A DNA stretch of 64,000 nt from a virus: positions 1-64,000 of the IMG/VR virus record IMGVR_UViG_3300045988_081432; one strand, 5' to 3'. Below, one piece after another: positions 17,334 through 26,365 of the stretch (positions within the stretch are counted from its first letter, which is position 1; each line of letters begins with the position of its first letter). The notes under the pieces were generated by a model. The model was not told the origin of the DNA. It worked only from the letters and a program-made list of their open reading frames with translations, and did no database searches. Both the position numbers and the translations under genes were made by a program.

Positions 17334-17702
17334 ATGAGATGGCCTATCGTGACCGTTACATCACTTGATAGCTCTGCTGCTGGTGTGGACGTATTAAAGG
17401 CAAATCCTATATATACTATAGAAAGTTTGCCCTATCCAAGACGCTATTATTATTTTGCCTTACTCATTAAGGTTGGTTTTGAATTTAATGATAATAAGTC
17501 TCTCTTGCTGACAGACAATGATGAAGTCAACAAGTATCACCTTGTTGACCGTCTTGGCAATGCAGTCCTTGCTTCTCAGGCTATTGGGTACTCTCAGAGC
17601 CAGAGATTAATGTACTGTATGTATGACGATGTAAAGAAAATTGTCCGCGTTCTAAGTCCTCTAGCTCCTACTGATTATTATATTGAGGGTTGGCTTACTT
17701 AA
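17334..17702 (+). CDS. hypothetical protein
   Basis: ATG 17334 preceded by TAGGTGA. This initiation region is repeated at 22007-22025. Confidence 0.5.
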   Translation: MRWPIVTVTSLDSSAAGVDVLKANPIYTIESLPYPRRYYYFALLIKVGFEFNDNKSLLLTDNDEVNKYHLVDRLGNAVLASQAIGYSQSQRLMYCMYDDVKKIVRVLSPLAPTDYYIEGWLT

Positions 17703-17725
17703 TAATATAATAAGGAGTGGAAGGA

Positions 17726-18262
17726 ATGGTATTAAACAACGGTATTGCCCCATGCGGTACGATGTCAAGATGTTGTTGCTGTAATATGCGGCTTATTTGT
17801 GCTAAATCCCCTTACTGTGTTATAAATTCAGGGAGTGGTTCTTCTGATAAGAAACTGGAAGAGATTGAGAATCTTATCCAGCAATTAATCCAGTCGCAAG
17901 CACAAGCACTTGCTGACCTTGAAACAAAAGCTACTGCCGCTCAAGCTAGTTTAAATACAATTACTGCTAATATAGCAACATTGCAAACGACTAGTGATAA
18001 TTTAACGACAGCATTTGGTGAATTTGCACAAGATACAAAAACTAAGCTAGACGAAATCTATGCTAAAGTAGAAAATATACCAGCGACCAGTACAACTTCT
18101 GTCAATGATTTAGATACACCGATTGATGTAGATTCTTCTGATGTATCAGAGGATGATTCAAAATCACTTACTGTATTAAAACCAAAAGAAACAGAAGATA
18201 CTATTCTGGTTGAAAAGAAAGGCTTATTTGGTAAATCCAAATGGGTAGAACAAAAGAAATAA
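17726..18262 (+). CDS. hypothetical protein, Cys-rich N-terminus plus coiled coil
   Basis: ATG 17726 lies 8 nt after AAGGAG. N-terminus CGTMSRCCCCNMRLICAKSPYC. Confidence 0.5.
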   Translation: MVLNNGIAPCGTMSRCCCCNMRLICAKSPYCVINSGSGSSDKKLEEIENLIQQLIQSQAQALADLETKATAAQASLNTITANIATLQTTSDNLTTAFGEFAQDTKTKLDEIYAKVENIPATSTTSVNDLDTPIDVDSSDVSEDDSKSLTVLKPKETEDTILVEKKGLFGKSKWVEQKK

Positions 18263-18469
18263 TTTTGAGTTAAATTTTAGAAATTATAGACCCTTTAGTG
18301 AGTATAAGTTATTGTACTTAGTAAAGTGTCTATAATATTTTGTTATAGACATAATTTGAAATTTAACTTATAGGTGTGCGCCCGTATGTGCATGAAAGGA
18401 AAACATTATGACATTTGGTAAAAATGCGAAGAATAATCACCTTTATATTTATAAGGAAGGTGATGTAGT

Positions 18470-18655
18470 ATGAAGTATGAGAAAGAAAAATATTTCTCTT
18501 GTTATTCTCCTAATCTTAAAGAATATCTGGAAAGAAATGGATTTGAACCTATTACTTCGTTTGTACACATCAGAGAGAATAAGACTTGTTGGGTATTTGA
18601 GAAAGTGCCTGAGCTATCTATATATCTTGAACAGTGGACTCGCAATCGCAAGTAA
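18470..18655 (+). CDS. small hypothetical protein
   Basis: 61-aa ORF with RBS AAGGAAGGTGA. Preferred over the overlapping 18477 frame. Confidence 0.5.
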   Translation: MKYEKEKYFSCYSPNLKEYLERNGFEPITSFVHIRENKTCWVFEKVPELSIYLEQWTRNRK

Positions 18656-19047
18656 AGGGTAAATTATATGAAAAATATTGTAAGAAATTTTCTGTTGCTA
18701 TCGTAGTATTTGTGACTACATTTATCACAGTTTATTATTCTGTTGTGTATGCAACAAAGAAACAGATTGTATTTGATGGTTCTGATATTCTAATAATTAT
18801 TTTCTTTGGCTTACTATCTTTGATGGTCGTGTTTATGCTACTTTATATCAATTCTAAATTAAACTCATTCTCTAATGCTCTATCTGATATTTCTAATAAG
18901 ATTGATATATCAGAAGAAAACATGATAAATTTAGAAAAGAGTACGCAGAGAATTATATTAAAGGAAGTAAAAGAGAATAGGGAATTTAAGGGAAAAATTT
19001 TAGAAAGGATTGAGCATGAAGAGAAATCCGAACAGCAATCGGAGTAA
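18634..19047 (+). CDS. hypothetical membrane protein; start uncertain
   Basis: Two hydrophobic segments followed by a charged coiled tail. No convincing RBS at GTG 18634. Contains copy 1 of the 76-bp repeat. Confidence 0.45.
   Translation: MDSQSQVKGKLYEKYCKKFSVAIVVFVTTFITVYYSVVYATKKQIVFDGSDILIIIFFGLLSLMVVFMLLYINSKLNSFSNALSDISNKIDISEENMINLEKSTQRIILKEVKENREFKGKILERIEHEEKSEQQSE
18867..18942 (+). repeat. 76-bp perfect direct repeat, copy 1
   Basis: ATTCTCTAATGCTCTATCTGATATTTCTAATAAGATTGATATATCAGAAGAAAACATGATAAATTTAGAAAAGAGT, identical to 19289-19364. Confidence 0.9.
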
Positions 19048-19297
19048 AAGATGGGTAGAAAGAAATTGCCTATCCTCTGATAGATGCGTGTCTTATGTAA
19101 AGGATTTATGTGAAGCTTATGGCATTAAATATAAAATTTCTGGCGATAAGCTTTTTGTGGATTCTGATGGGATTTCCTATCGGGTTTATCCTGACTATGA
19201 AAATATATGTATAATTGCAGTAAATAAAATAACTGGTGAGAAAAAATGGTATGACGGAGATTCATGTTGGGTTGACTTCATATTAGATATTCTCTAA
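19016..19297 (+). CDS. hypothetical protein
   Basis: ATG 19016 with RBS AAAGGA. The gene lies between the two repeat copies. Confidence 0.5.
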   Translation: MKRNPNSNRSKRWVERNCLSSDRCVSYVKDLCEAYGIKYKISGDKLFVDSDGISYRVYPDYENICIIAVNKITGEKKWYDGDSCWVDFILDIL

Positions 19298-19364
19298 TGC
19301 TCTATCTGATATTTCTAATAAGATTGATATATCAGAAGAAAACATGATAAATTTAGAAAAGAGT
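19289..19364 (+). repeat. 76-bp perfect direct repeat, copy 2
   Basis: Identical to 18867-18942. Overlaps the stop of 19016-19297 and abuts the promoter at 19366. Confidence 0.9.
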
Positions 19365-19365
19365 C

Positions 19366-19394
19366 TTGACAACTTCTGTATGTTGTGCTATATT
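19366..19394 (+). promoter_or_regulatory. sigma-A type promoter with extended -10
   Basis: TTGACA (19366-19371), 17 nt, TGC-TATATT (-10 at 19389-19394). Confidence 0.65.
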
Positions 19395-19442
19395 AACAAT
19401 GGAAGCAAATAATTCCATAAAATAGTACAAGGAGAAGTCGTT

Positions 19443-19940
19443 ATGAGTGTTCCACTAAGTTTGTTAATTTATAATCCAATTGAAGCATATATCTTGATTT
19501 TGTTATGTGATGTTATTGCCGAGAATGACACAAAGTTTACCATTAAAAGAGCATTACTTTTGTGGGATTTTGGTGCGACAAATTTGTTTATCCAGCTAGT
19601 TCCGTATATTTGGTATGGGAAATGGTTCTTTGCAATTTTTAATGTTTCTGTGAATTATATAATAATACCATTTTCTATCATGTATTATTACAGAATTGTG
19701 TCTTGCCGCATAGGTTATTTTAGATGTTTTATTTCCGAATTAATCAATTGTTTGTTTATAATAATCATATCTAATATATTTGATTTGTTAATAGATAAAT
19801 ATGATATGTTCTTTTCAAGAAGTATATTTCACGAATTTATATCAAATATGACTATATTTTTCGTGCAAATTATACTATATTCTATTATAAAACATAGGAG
19901 ATTTTTATATGAAAAACATTTTCAAAACTTTCGCAAGTAA
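19443..19940 (+). CDS. polytopic membrane protein (unknown function) in the agr-like module
   Basis: 165-aa ORF with about 5 hydrophobic segments. RBS AAGGAG. Confidence 0.55.
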   Translation: MSVPLSLLIYNPIEAYILILLCDVIAENDTKFTIKRALLLWDFGATNLFIQLVPYIWYGKWFFAIFNVSVNYIIIPFSIMYYYRIVSCRIGYFRCFISELINCLFIIIISNIFDLLIDKYDMFFSRSIFHEFISNMTIFFVQIILYSIIKHRRFLYEKHFQNFRK

Positions 19941-20037
19941 CTGTGTTGAAAAAGCCTTTACTTCTCTCGGTCACTACCAGCCTAAGATGCCAAATTCTCT
20001 GATGGAAAAGGCTCAGAAGGAAAATAAGGAAGACTAA
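19909..20037 (+). CDS. agrD: AgrD-like autoinducing-peptide precursor candidate (42 aa)
   Basis: AGGAG RBS 8 nt upstream of the ATG. Translation MKNIFKTFASNCVEKAFTSLGHYQPKMPNSLMEKAQKENKED: amphipathic N-terminus, YQPKMPNSL resembling the clostridial AgrD recognition motif (H)QP(E/K)xPxxL, and a charged tail. Confidence 0.5.
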   Translation: MKNIFKTFASNCVEKAFTSLGHYQPKMPNSLMEKAQKENKED

Positions 20038-20080
20038 TCTTCCCTTATCCTTATATTATAGACATTGTAGACTTTAATAT

Positions 20081-20116
20081 AGGGAGTCAGTCTTTTGGCT
20101 GGCTCCCTTATTTTTG
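20081..20116 (+). terminator. Rho-independent terminator
   Basis: 12-bp stem AGGGAGTCAGTC / TTTT loop / GGCTGGCTCCCT (two G:T pairs) followed by TATTTTTG. Confidence 0.65.
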
Positions 20117-20138
20117 TGTAATAAAGGAATATTCTGTT

Positions 20139-20744
20139 ATGGATATTTTTAGATATATTGAAGACGTATCTTATAAACTCGGTTTAAAAGTTGCAAATTA
20201 TTTCCATGAAGACAAGGATGGGATTGAAGAGACACAATATGGGATGTTCGCTATTTTGAGTTTCTTGTTTGAGTTTGGAACTGGACTTATTATATCTCTT
20301 ATTTTTGGATATGTCAAGTATTTTCTTGTATTTCAAATTACCTATTGTTTTCTACGTTCTGTTTGTGGTGGAGAACATTGCAAAACATTTGCATCTTGTT
20401 GGGCAGTAACAAACATTATCTCATTTGTTGGAAGTATGATAGCTATTTTATTATCCGTAAACAGTATGTTTGTAATGATTGGAGTTATTATTACATCTCT
20501 GGCATCTGTTGATATGTTTTATATTATTCCGAAACCAAGCGAAAATTCTCCTAGTAGAGGGAGTAGAGATATCGAGTTTAAAAGACGCTATATTGAGGGG
20601 ACTTGTGTGTTAATTTTCTTAGCTTGTATTTTGGCGTTTTTTGATATAAAGTTTGTTTCTGCTTCTATTTGCTCTGCTTATATTATGTGTTATATTATGC
20701 TATCTAAATATGGCGAAAAATTTATGACTCTATTTAAGTTTTGA
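20139..20744 (+). CDS. agrB: AgrB-family membrane peptidase (cyclic-peptide maturation)
   Basis: 201 aa, polytopic. LRSVCGGEHCKTFASC gives the R..GG.H-x6-C pattern (His80/Cys87), equivalent to AgrB His77/Cys84. Later IIPKPSENSP...FKRRY loop. Confidence 0.7.
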   Translation: MDIFRYIEDVSYKLGLKVANYFHEDKDGIEETQYGMFAILSFLFEFGTGLIISLIFGYVKYFLVFQITYCFLRSVCGGEHCKTFASCWAVTNIISFVGSMIAILLSVNSMFVMIGVIITSLASVDMFYIIPKPSENSPSRGSRDIEFKRRYIEGTCVLIFLACILAFFDIKFVSASICSAYIMCYIMLSKYGEKFMTLFKF

Positions 20745-20874
20745 TTAATTAAAGACCAGAGGATAGGGATATTAAGCTGCTATCGCCCGTTGTTAGGAGA
20801 TACAGGTTCTTTGGCTTGCCTGTCTGGTCTTTATTATTTATAATTGTAGAACCAGCTTTAAAGAGGTGCGTTCT

Positions 20875-21141
20875 ATGATTATAAATGATTTAGCAACAAT
20901 AGCAAATTCTGATTTAATATCAGGAGCTGCAAACATTAGTCAATTTATAAATGTTTATCAAGCGACTAAAGGTGCGACATCATCTCAGTTAAATACAGAG
21001 CTTATTAAGCAAAACCAACATATTGAAAATAAACTTGACGAACAAACGAATATGTTGCTTGAAAAACTATTGTCTGAATTAAAGATTATAGAAGAACAAA
21101 ATATTGAAATAATTAAACTGTTGGGTGGCGGCGTCAAATGA
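20875..21141 (+). CDS. hypothetical protein
   Basis: ATG 20875 with RBS AGAGG. Confidence 0.5.
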   Translation: MIINDLATIANSDLISGAANISQFINVYQATKGATSSQLNTELIKQNQHIENKLDEQTNMLLEKLLSELKIIEEQNIEIIKLLGGGVK

Positions 21142-21362
21142 TTCTTAATACTAATGCAGAATTAGGTGGATTAGATGCCCTTGGTGTTGCAGATACAATT
21201 ATTGCTTCATTATTATTAAATTATTCTGAGAAATCTTATAGGTTAAATCTCGATAATACCTCAGAAAATAAAAAAGTTATTTCTCTATTAAACGAAATAA
21301 ATGAAAATGAAAAAACTATTATTTCTTTATTACAAAGAATAATAGAAGATGATAAGCATTAG
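21138..21362 (+). CDS. hypothetical protein
   Basis: ATGA overlap with the upstream gene. Similar C-terminal E.N..II.LL pattern to its neighbour. Confidence 0.5.
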   Translation: MILNTNAELGGLDALGVADTIIASLLLNYSEKSYRLNLDNTSENKKVISLLNEINENEKTIISLLQRIIEDDKH

Positions 21363-21503
21363 TCTTGTCTTATCGGTAAAATAATCCAGACTAAATAAAC
21401 GAGTGACGGTTCTGACTCGTCGTAAAAATAAAAATTGACCGAGCGATGATTCACGACAGGGAATAAAAGGGGTCAAAAATATTATAGAAAGTAGTGGATA
21501 TCA

Positions 21504-21974
21504 ATGGGTGTATTGCAAATTATTATTAATATTTGCTCTACTTTTGGTGTGTCTGGACTCCTTTTGTTCTTTGTGAAAAGGCACTATGAAAAGAAAGACG
21601 AAGCTTTAAAAGAGGGAAAGCGGGAGAGAAGAGAAATCAAGGATGCGATTGATAAAATTGCTAAACAAAACGAAGAGCAGTATGCAATGATTGCATTTCA
21701 AAAGGATAAGATAAGTTCTCTTTCTGATGATGTTAAGGTTTTAAGAGAGCAAGGAAATCAAAATTCACAAGCGGATAGAGATATACTTCGGGATGCGATG
21801 TTAAGGACATATCATAATTGTTATGAAGTCAAAGGTTGGATTTCTGTTAATGACTTAGAAAGTTTTCAACACATGTTTGAGAGCTACACAGCGTTGCACG
21901 GTAACGGAATGATGCCGTCTGTTCATGAAAAAATTTTAAGTCTACCAACTATTCCACCTGAGAATAAATCTTGA
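21504..21974 (+). CDS. hypothetical membrane-anchored protein
   Basis: N-terminal TM segment (ICSTFGVSGLLLFFV) followed by a charged coiled region. Confidence 0.5.
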   Translation: MGVLQIIINICSTFGVSGLLLFFVKRHYEKKDEALKEGKRERREIKDAIDKIAKQNEEQYAMIAFQKDKISSLSDDVKVLREQGNQNSQADRDILRDAMLRTYHNCYEVKGWISVNDLESFQHMFESYTALHGNGMMPSVHEKILSLPTIPPENKS

Positions 21975-22021
21975 ACATTTCATTAAATTATAAAATCACT
22001 TTTAACAAATAGGTGATTATT

Positions 22022-22351
22022 ATGACAGTAAATGAATCTAAAAATATTATCCAAAAACTAATTAAGTATTCTATTTGTGAACTTGAAACGGCAGAGTGTT
22101 ACCAAGAACTAATGGGCTGTGTTGAAGACTCTTCTATGTTTTCCAAATTCAAAGAGTTTGCAAATGAAGAACTAACTCATTACGAGTATGATTTGTCAAC
22201 CGCAATGGTTATGGCTCAAAAATTGAAAGACAATGGTGATATTGCGGATGTTGATGAAATGATTAGTAATATCTATAAAGAGAATGAGACAGACTGGAAG
22301 AATAAGATTGTCTGGAAAATTGCTAACACTAAGTTAAAAACTTCTCGCTAA
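22022..22351 (+). CDS. hypothetical protein
   Basis: ATG 22022 preceded by TAGGTGA. Confidence 0.5.
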   Translation: MTVNESKNIIQKLIKYSICELETAECYQELMGCVEDSSMFSKFKEFANEELTHYEYDLSTAMVMAQKLKDNGDIADVDEMISNIYKENETDWKNKIVWKIANTKLKTSR

Positions 22352-22654
22352 ATGATGCTAGATGCGTGGCTAGAGGTCGTTAAACAGCGACGATAAATGT
22401 TGAGAAAACCAGTACATTACTACGGTATTGTATGGTTTCAAAACTAATTATGATTTATACAGCTGTATGTTAGTACGAGGCGCTGATGAATTTTAGTAAC
22501 CGTTTTTAAGTATTAAAGAATACGACCGTATAAACCATATAGAAATGTTTGTTGCTATGGCAACTATCCATAAGTAAAGATGCTTGTGGATAGTAACGAT
22601 GGCAATAAGTCATCGGCTGAATTAAAGGGGTATTTGGTACAGAAAGGAGTACAC

Positions 22655-23830
22655 ATGGAAGATAGTCTACTAAAGCGTAAGGACGAGACCGATAAGGAAT
22701 ATGGTTTACGTCTAGCTATCAATAAAGACGTATACGATATTAGCTGGTCTAAAATTTGTGACCTTATGTTTGAAGCAACTGGCGTAAGAAAAGACGAAAG
22801 TGCTTATCGTAAATATTATATGGCATTCCTTGATGGAGTTGATTATCAAAAGAATAAAGACCCGTCTGAACAAATGGACGAGTTAATGAATAAAGAGCTA
22901 GATATTAAATTAAAAACTGTCAAGATGCGGGATTATAAAGCAGCGCTTAACCGTGATGTTAATAAGATTGCTCGTTTTGATATGCTTAAACAAGACATTT
23001 CAGACTATGTTATTAAAAATCATTTGGAGTTTAATGATAATAAAAGCAACTTTTCATCAACCGAGAAGAGTGCTATTTTATGCCTATCTGATTTCCATTA
23101 TGGTATGGTGACTGATAATTATCTTAATAAATATAATCCTGAAATCTTCCATGAGCGCATGACCAAACTTTTTGACACAGTTGTTAAGAAGATTTATTCT
23201 GAAAAGATTGGTGCTCTGTACGTTATTAATTTAAACGATGCTATTTCTGGATATATTCATAATACTGTTCGGATTGAGAATCGTAAGAATGTTATTGAAC
23301 AGGTAATGGAAGTTTCTAATGCTTTGGCAGAGTTTCTAAATGGGCTTTCTCAACATTGTAATATTGAATATTATTCTGTTATTGATAATCATTCTCGTTG
23401 TATGGCTAATAAGTATGATAGCTTGCAAAATGAAAATTTTTCTCTACTTGTTGACTGGTATTTGAAAGCAGCTTTACATTATGTCCATAATATTCATATT
23501 AATGAGAACGAATTTGATAATGATATTTTAACATTTAGTATTTATAACTGGAATTATCTAGGCTCTCATGGAGACAAAGACAGTATTCATGATATAGTTC
23601 AGAATATGACGCTTTTAACCCATAAGTTCTATGATGCGATGTTTATTGCACATAAACACCATGTAGAGTCTAAAGAAGTTGATGGAACTATGGTTTTTAT
23701 GAATGGTTCTCTTTGTGGTACAGATAACTATGCAAAGTCTTTGCGTATCACTTCTCACCCTTCCCAGACTATGTATATTGTCACCCCTGATAATCCCTAT
23801 GAATCTATAAATATTATCCGTTTGGATTAA
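22655..23830 (+). CDS. calcineurin-like metallophosphoesterase
   Basis: Ordered motifs LSDFHYG, NLNDAISG, VIDNHS, GSHGDKD, AHKHH. ATG 22655 with RBS AAAGGAG. Confidence 0.6.
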   Translation: MEDSLLKRKDETDKEYGLRLAINKDVYDISWSKICDLMFEATGVRKDESAYRKYYMAFLDGVDYQKNKDPSEQMDELMNKELDIKLKTVKMRDYKAALNRDVNKIARFDMLKQDISDYVIKNHLEFNDNKSNFSSTEKSAILCLSDFHYGMVTDNYLNKYNPEIFHERMTKLFDTVVKKIYSEKIGALYVINLNDAISGYIHNTVRIENRKNVIEQVMEVSNALAEFLNGLSQHCNIEYYSVIDNHSRCMANKYDSLQNENFSLLVDWYLKAALHYVHNIHINENEFDNDILTFSIYNWNYLGSHGDKDSIHDIVQNMTLLTHKFYDAMFIAHKHHVESKEVDGTMVFMNGSLCGTDNYAKSLRITSHPSQTMYIVTPDNPYESINIIRLD

Positions 23831-23842
23831 GGCGGTGGTTAC

Positions 23843-24898
23843 ATGGCTATTGCTAAAAAAGGAAAACAAATCGGAGAAGAGACGAAGAAGAAACTGATTT
23901 GCATTAGTTGTGGCTGTGGAGTTCAAAATAATTTCAATGCCACAAAAGACGAATATCATAAGTTCTTTAATAAGATACCATATTGTAAGGATTGTGTCAA
24001 GTCTATTTATAAAGGATACTTGGTAAAATACAATGGTAATACAAACCTTGCTATTTATTTTACTTGTAGAAAAATTGATATTCCGTACATTCATCAAGCG
24101 TATTTGGCGGCTATGAAAGAATCTCAGAATGAAAACTCTGTGTTAAATGGAGAAGAGAACCTATTGCCAATTTACCTAAAGAATCTTGCATTCGCAGATA
24201 AAAATGGTTGGGGTTCGAGCTTTGATGATTCTCAGGGCGAAAACAATATTGAAGGTCTTAGTAACTACGATGTTTATACAAAAATTAAACGTCCTAAGAA
24301 AGTTACTAGCGAGCTTGACGATGACGATAATTATGAAGATATTGAATTTAGTACAGCATATTTGCAAAGTGTATGGGGAAGATTTGATAATGATGACCTA
24401 GCATATCTTCAAAATGAATATATGGATTGGGAATCCAAACTAGGCCAAATTGATACCAAAGATATTGATATTATTGTTAGACAGATTTGTTATCAAACCC
24501 TTGACATTAATAAAGCTCGTGAAAATGGTGAAGATGTTACAAAGAAACTAAACGCTCTAACTTCACTTATGAATAATGGTGGCTTGCTTGAAAAACAGAA
24601 TAGGGCCGTCCAAAATTCTAAGGTTGTTGGTCAGCGCATTGAAGATATTGAAACATTTAGACCTGTTAAGAAAGCCGACCCTGAATTAGCAGATGTAGAT
24701 AATGTTAATTTGTTATTTGATGCGTTTGCTGGTTGTACTGCAAGGGCTTTGGGTAAAAATAATAAATATGTTGAAAAATTTGAAAAGGAGTTTGAACCTT
24801 GGAGTATTGATATAATTGAAAAGGGTAAAGCTCAACTTCTTGGAACGGAGAGTGATGGAGAATGTCAGAGTCAGACAAAATTACAATCCGAAGACTAA
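23843..24898 (+). CDS. hypothetical protein, possible small terminase subunit
   Basis: Position directly upstream of and overlapping terL. N-terminal Cys4 ribbon (CISCGC...CKDC). Positional inference only. Confidence 0.35.
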   Translation: MAIAKKGKQIGEETKKKLICISCGCGVQNNFNATKDEYHKFFNKIPYCKDCVKSIYKGYLVKYNGNTNLAIYFTCRKIDIPYIHQAYLAAMKESQNENSVLNGEENLLPIYLKNLAFADKNGWGSSFDDSQGENNIEGLSNYDVYTKIKRPKKVTSELDDDDNYEDIEFSTAYLQSVWGRFDNDDLAYLQNEYMDWESKLGQIDTKDIDIIVRQICYQTLDINKARENGEDVTKKLNALTSLMNNGGLLEKQNRAVQNSKVVGQRIEDIETFRPVKKADPELADVDNVNLLFDAFAGCTARALGKNNKYVEKFEKEFEPWSIDIIEKGKAQLLGTESDGECQSQTKLQSED

Positions 24899-26105
24899 AG
24901 AAAAAACGTGCCACACTTCAAGAGCAATACAATGAAAATTTTGAGGCATGGGTTGGGTATTGGAGAGCGAACCCTCAAAGATTTATTACTGAATATCTAG
25001 GTTTACCATTGTATGATTTTCAAAAAGTTTTAATTTGGGAAATGAATAATACTGCAAACTATATATTTATAGGGAGCAGAGGCATAGCGAAGTCTTCTCT
25101 AACATTAGATTTCTGTTGTCAAATGGCTATTCTTTATCCGGGTCTCAAAATTCTTGTTGTTTGTCCTGTTAAATCGCAGAGTAAACAATTCGTTAAGAAG
25201 ATTTATGAATATATGCGAATGAGTAAGAACCTAGAACAGGAAATCAAAGTTGATGAGATTAAGATTGGCGTTAATGAATGTCAGGTTCCGTTCAAAAATG
25301 GTTCTACAATTTTTACTGCGACGTACAGTGAAAATGCCCTCGGATTGAGAGCTAATATATTAATTGTTGATGAATTTGTCCGTACAGAGAAAGAAGTTAT
25401 TACTCGTGTTTTTGACCCTATGCTTTCCGACCCAAGAAAACCAAGATATCTTGATTTAACAAGAGAGCAAAGAGCAGAAGAATACAAACACGAAGAATTA
25501 AGAAAGATTTACCTATCTTCAATTAGACGTGCGGATGAGTGGTCTTATAAGACCTTTGAGGATTATATAAACTGGATGACAGACGGCAATAGAGATTATT
25601 GCGCAACAGTTGTTAGTTATGCTCTTGGTGTTAAAAATGGGTTTATTAGCAAAAAGAAAGTAGAGGACACTTTTAAATCCAATCTGGAAAATATTAACAT
25701 TTTACAGGCAGAATATAACTGTATTGCAGAACGTGGTACTGGCAACTCTTATTTCACATATAAAATGATGGATAGAGTTAGAACTAACTCCAAAGCATTC
25801 TGTTGTATGTCTGATGAGGAATATATTCAGTATAAAGATTGTAGAGAAAAATACCCTTACTATCAAGAAAAACTACCCAATGAAATTAGGTTGCTGTGTA
25901 TGGACGTTGCTGTTATTGAATCTAGCAAAAACGACAATACTGCATTTTTTATTATTAGGTTAATTCCTGATAGTGGAAGATATACAATTATTGTACCATA
26001 CGCAGATAGTATGCATGGTCTAAACTCAATCGCTCAAACTAAGAGAATGAAACAATTATTTTATGAGTTTGAATGCGATTATATGATACTTGATACACAA
26101 GGCGT
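24862..26105 (+). CDS. terL: terminase large subunit, exon 1 of 2
   Basis: Walker A GSRGIAKS, Walker B ILIVDEF, nuclease-domain start LLCMDVAV. The frame ends in junk (KCLRQLYSNI*) right after ...ILDTQGV. Confidence 0.8.
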
Positions 26106-26365
26106 GAAATGCTTGCGCCAATTATATAGTAATATATAATTAAGTATTGCGGAAAAAACTGGAAGGCTGAAACGCTAATCAGAGTGGAAGTTATATAATA
26201 ATATATATAACACACGCAACGCATAGAGATTGAAACTATTTATAGAATATAACATCTCCAAGAGTCCGCAACTCCTATTTAAATTTAGGATGAAAAGATA
26301 TGCTGAACTAATACGAATGGTAAGTATTAGAATTTAGAGATAAAAAGCTCTAAAGATAACAAATG
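26106..26365 (+). mobile_element. ORF-less group I intron in terL (260 nt)
   Basis: P1: exon GGCGU (26101-26105) pairs with intron GCGCC (26115-26119), with U:G at the splice site. The intron ends in G (26365). Splicing restores ...DTQGV|GISIFDYATTE. Confidence 0.7.

Noticed and set aside
18477-18662. Alternative 61-aa ORF overlapping 18470-18655 in another frame
   Set aside because: Only 18470 has the AAGGAAGGTGA RBS at the correct spacing. The 18477 product is Leu/Ile-rich frame noise.
22548-22595. The hairpin ACTATCCATAAG...CTTGTGGATAGT upstream of the packaging genes as a pac or cos site
   Set aside because: It is a single imperfect stem with no repeated terminase-binding motifs that I could see. 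It also overlaps the unsupported 5' extension of the track ORF 22580.
26039-26224. Minus-strand 61-aa ORF inside the terL intron as an intron-encoded endonuclease
   Set aside because: It is antisense to the intron, low-complexity (Tyr/Ile-rich), and has no HNH, GIY-YIG or LAGLIDADG motif.
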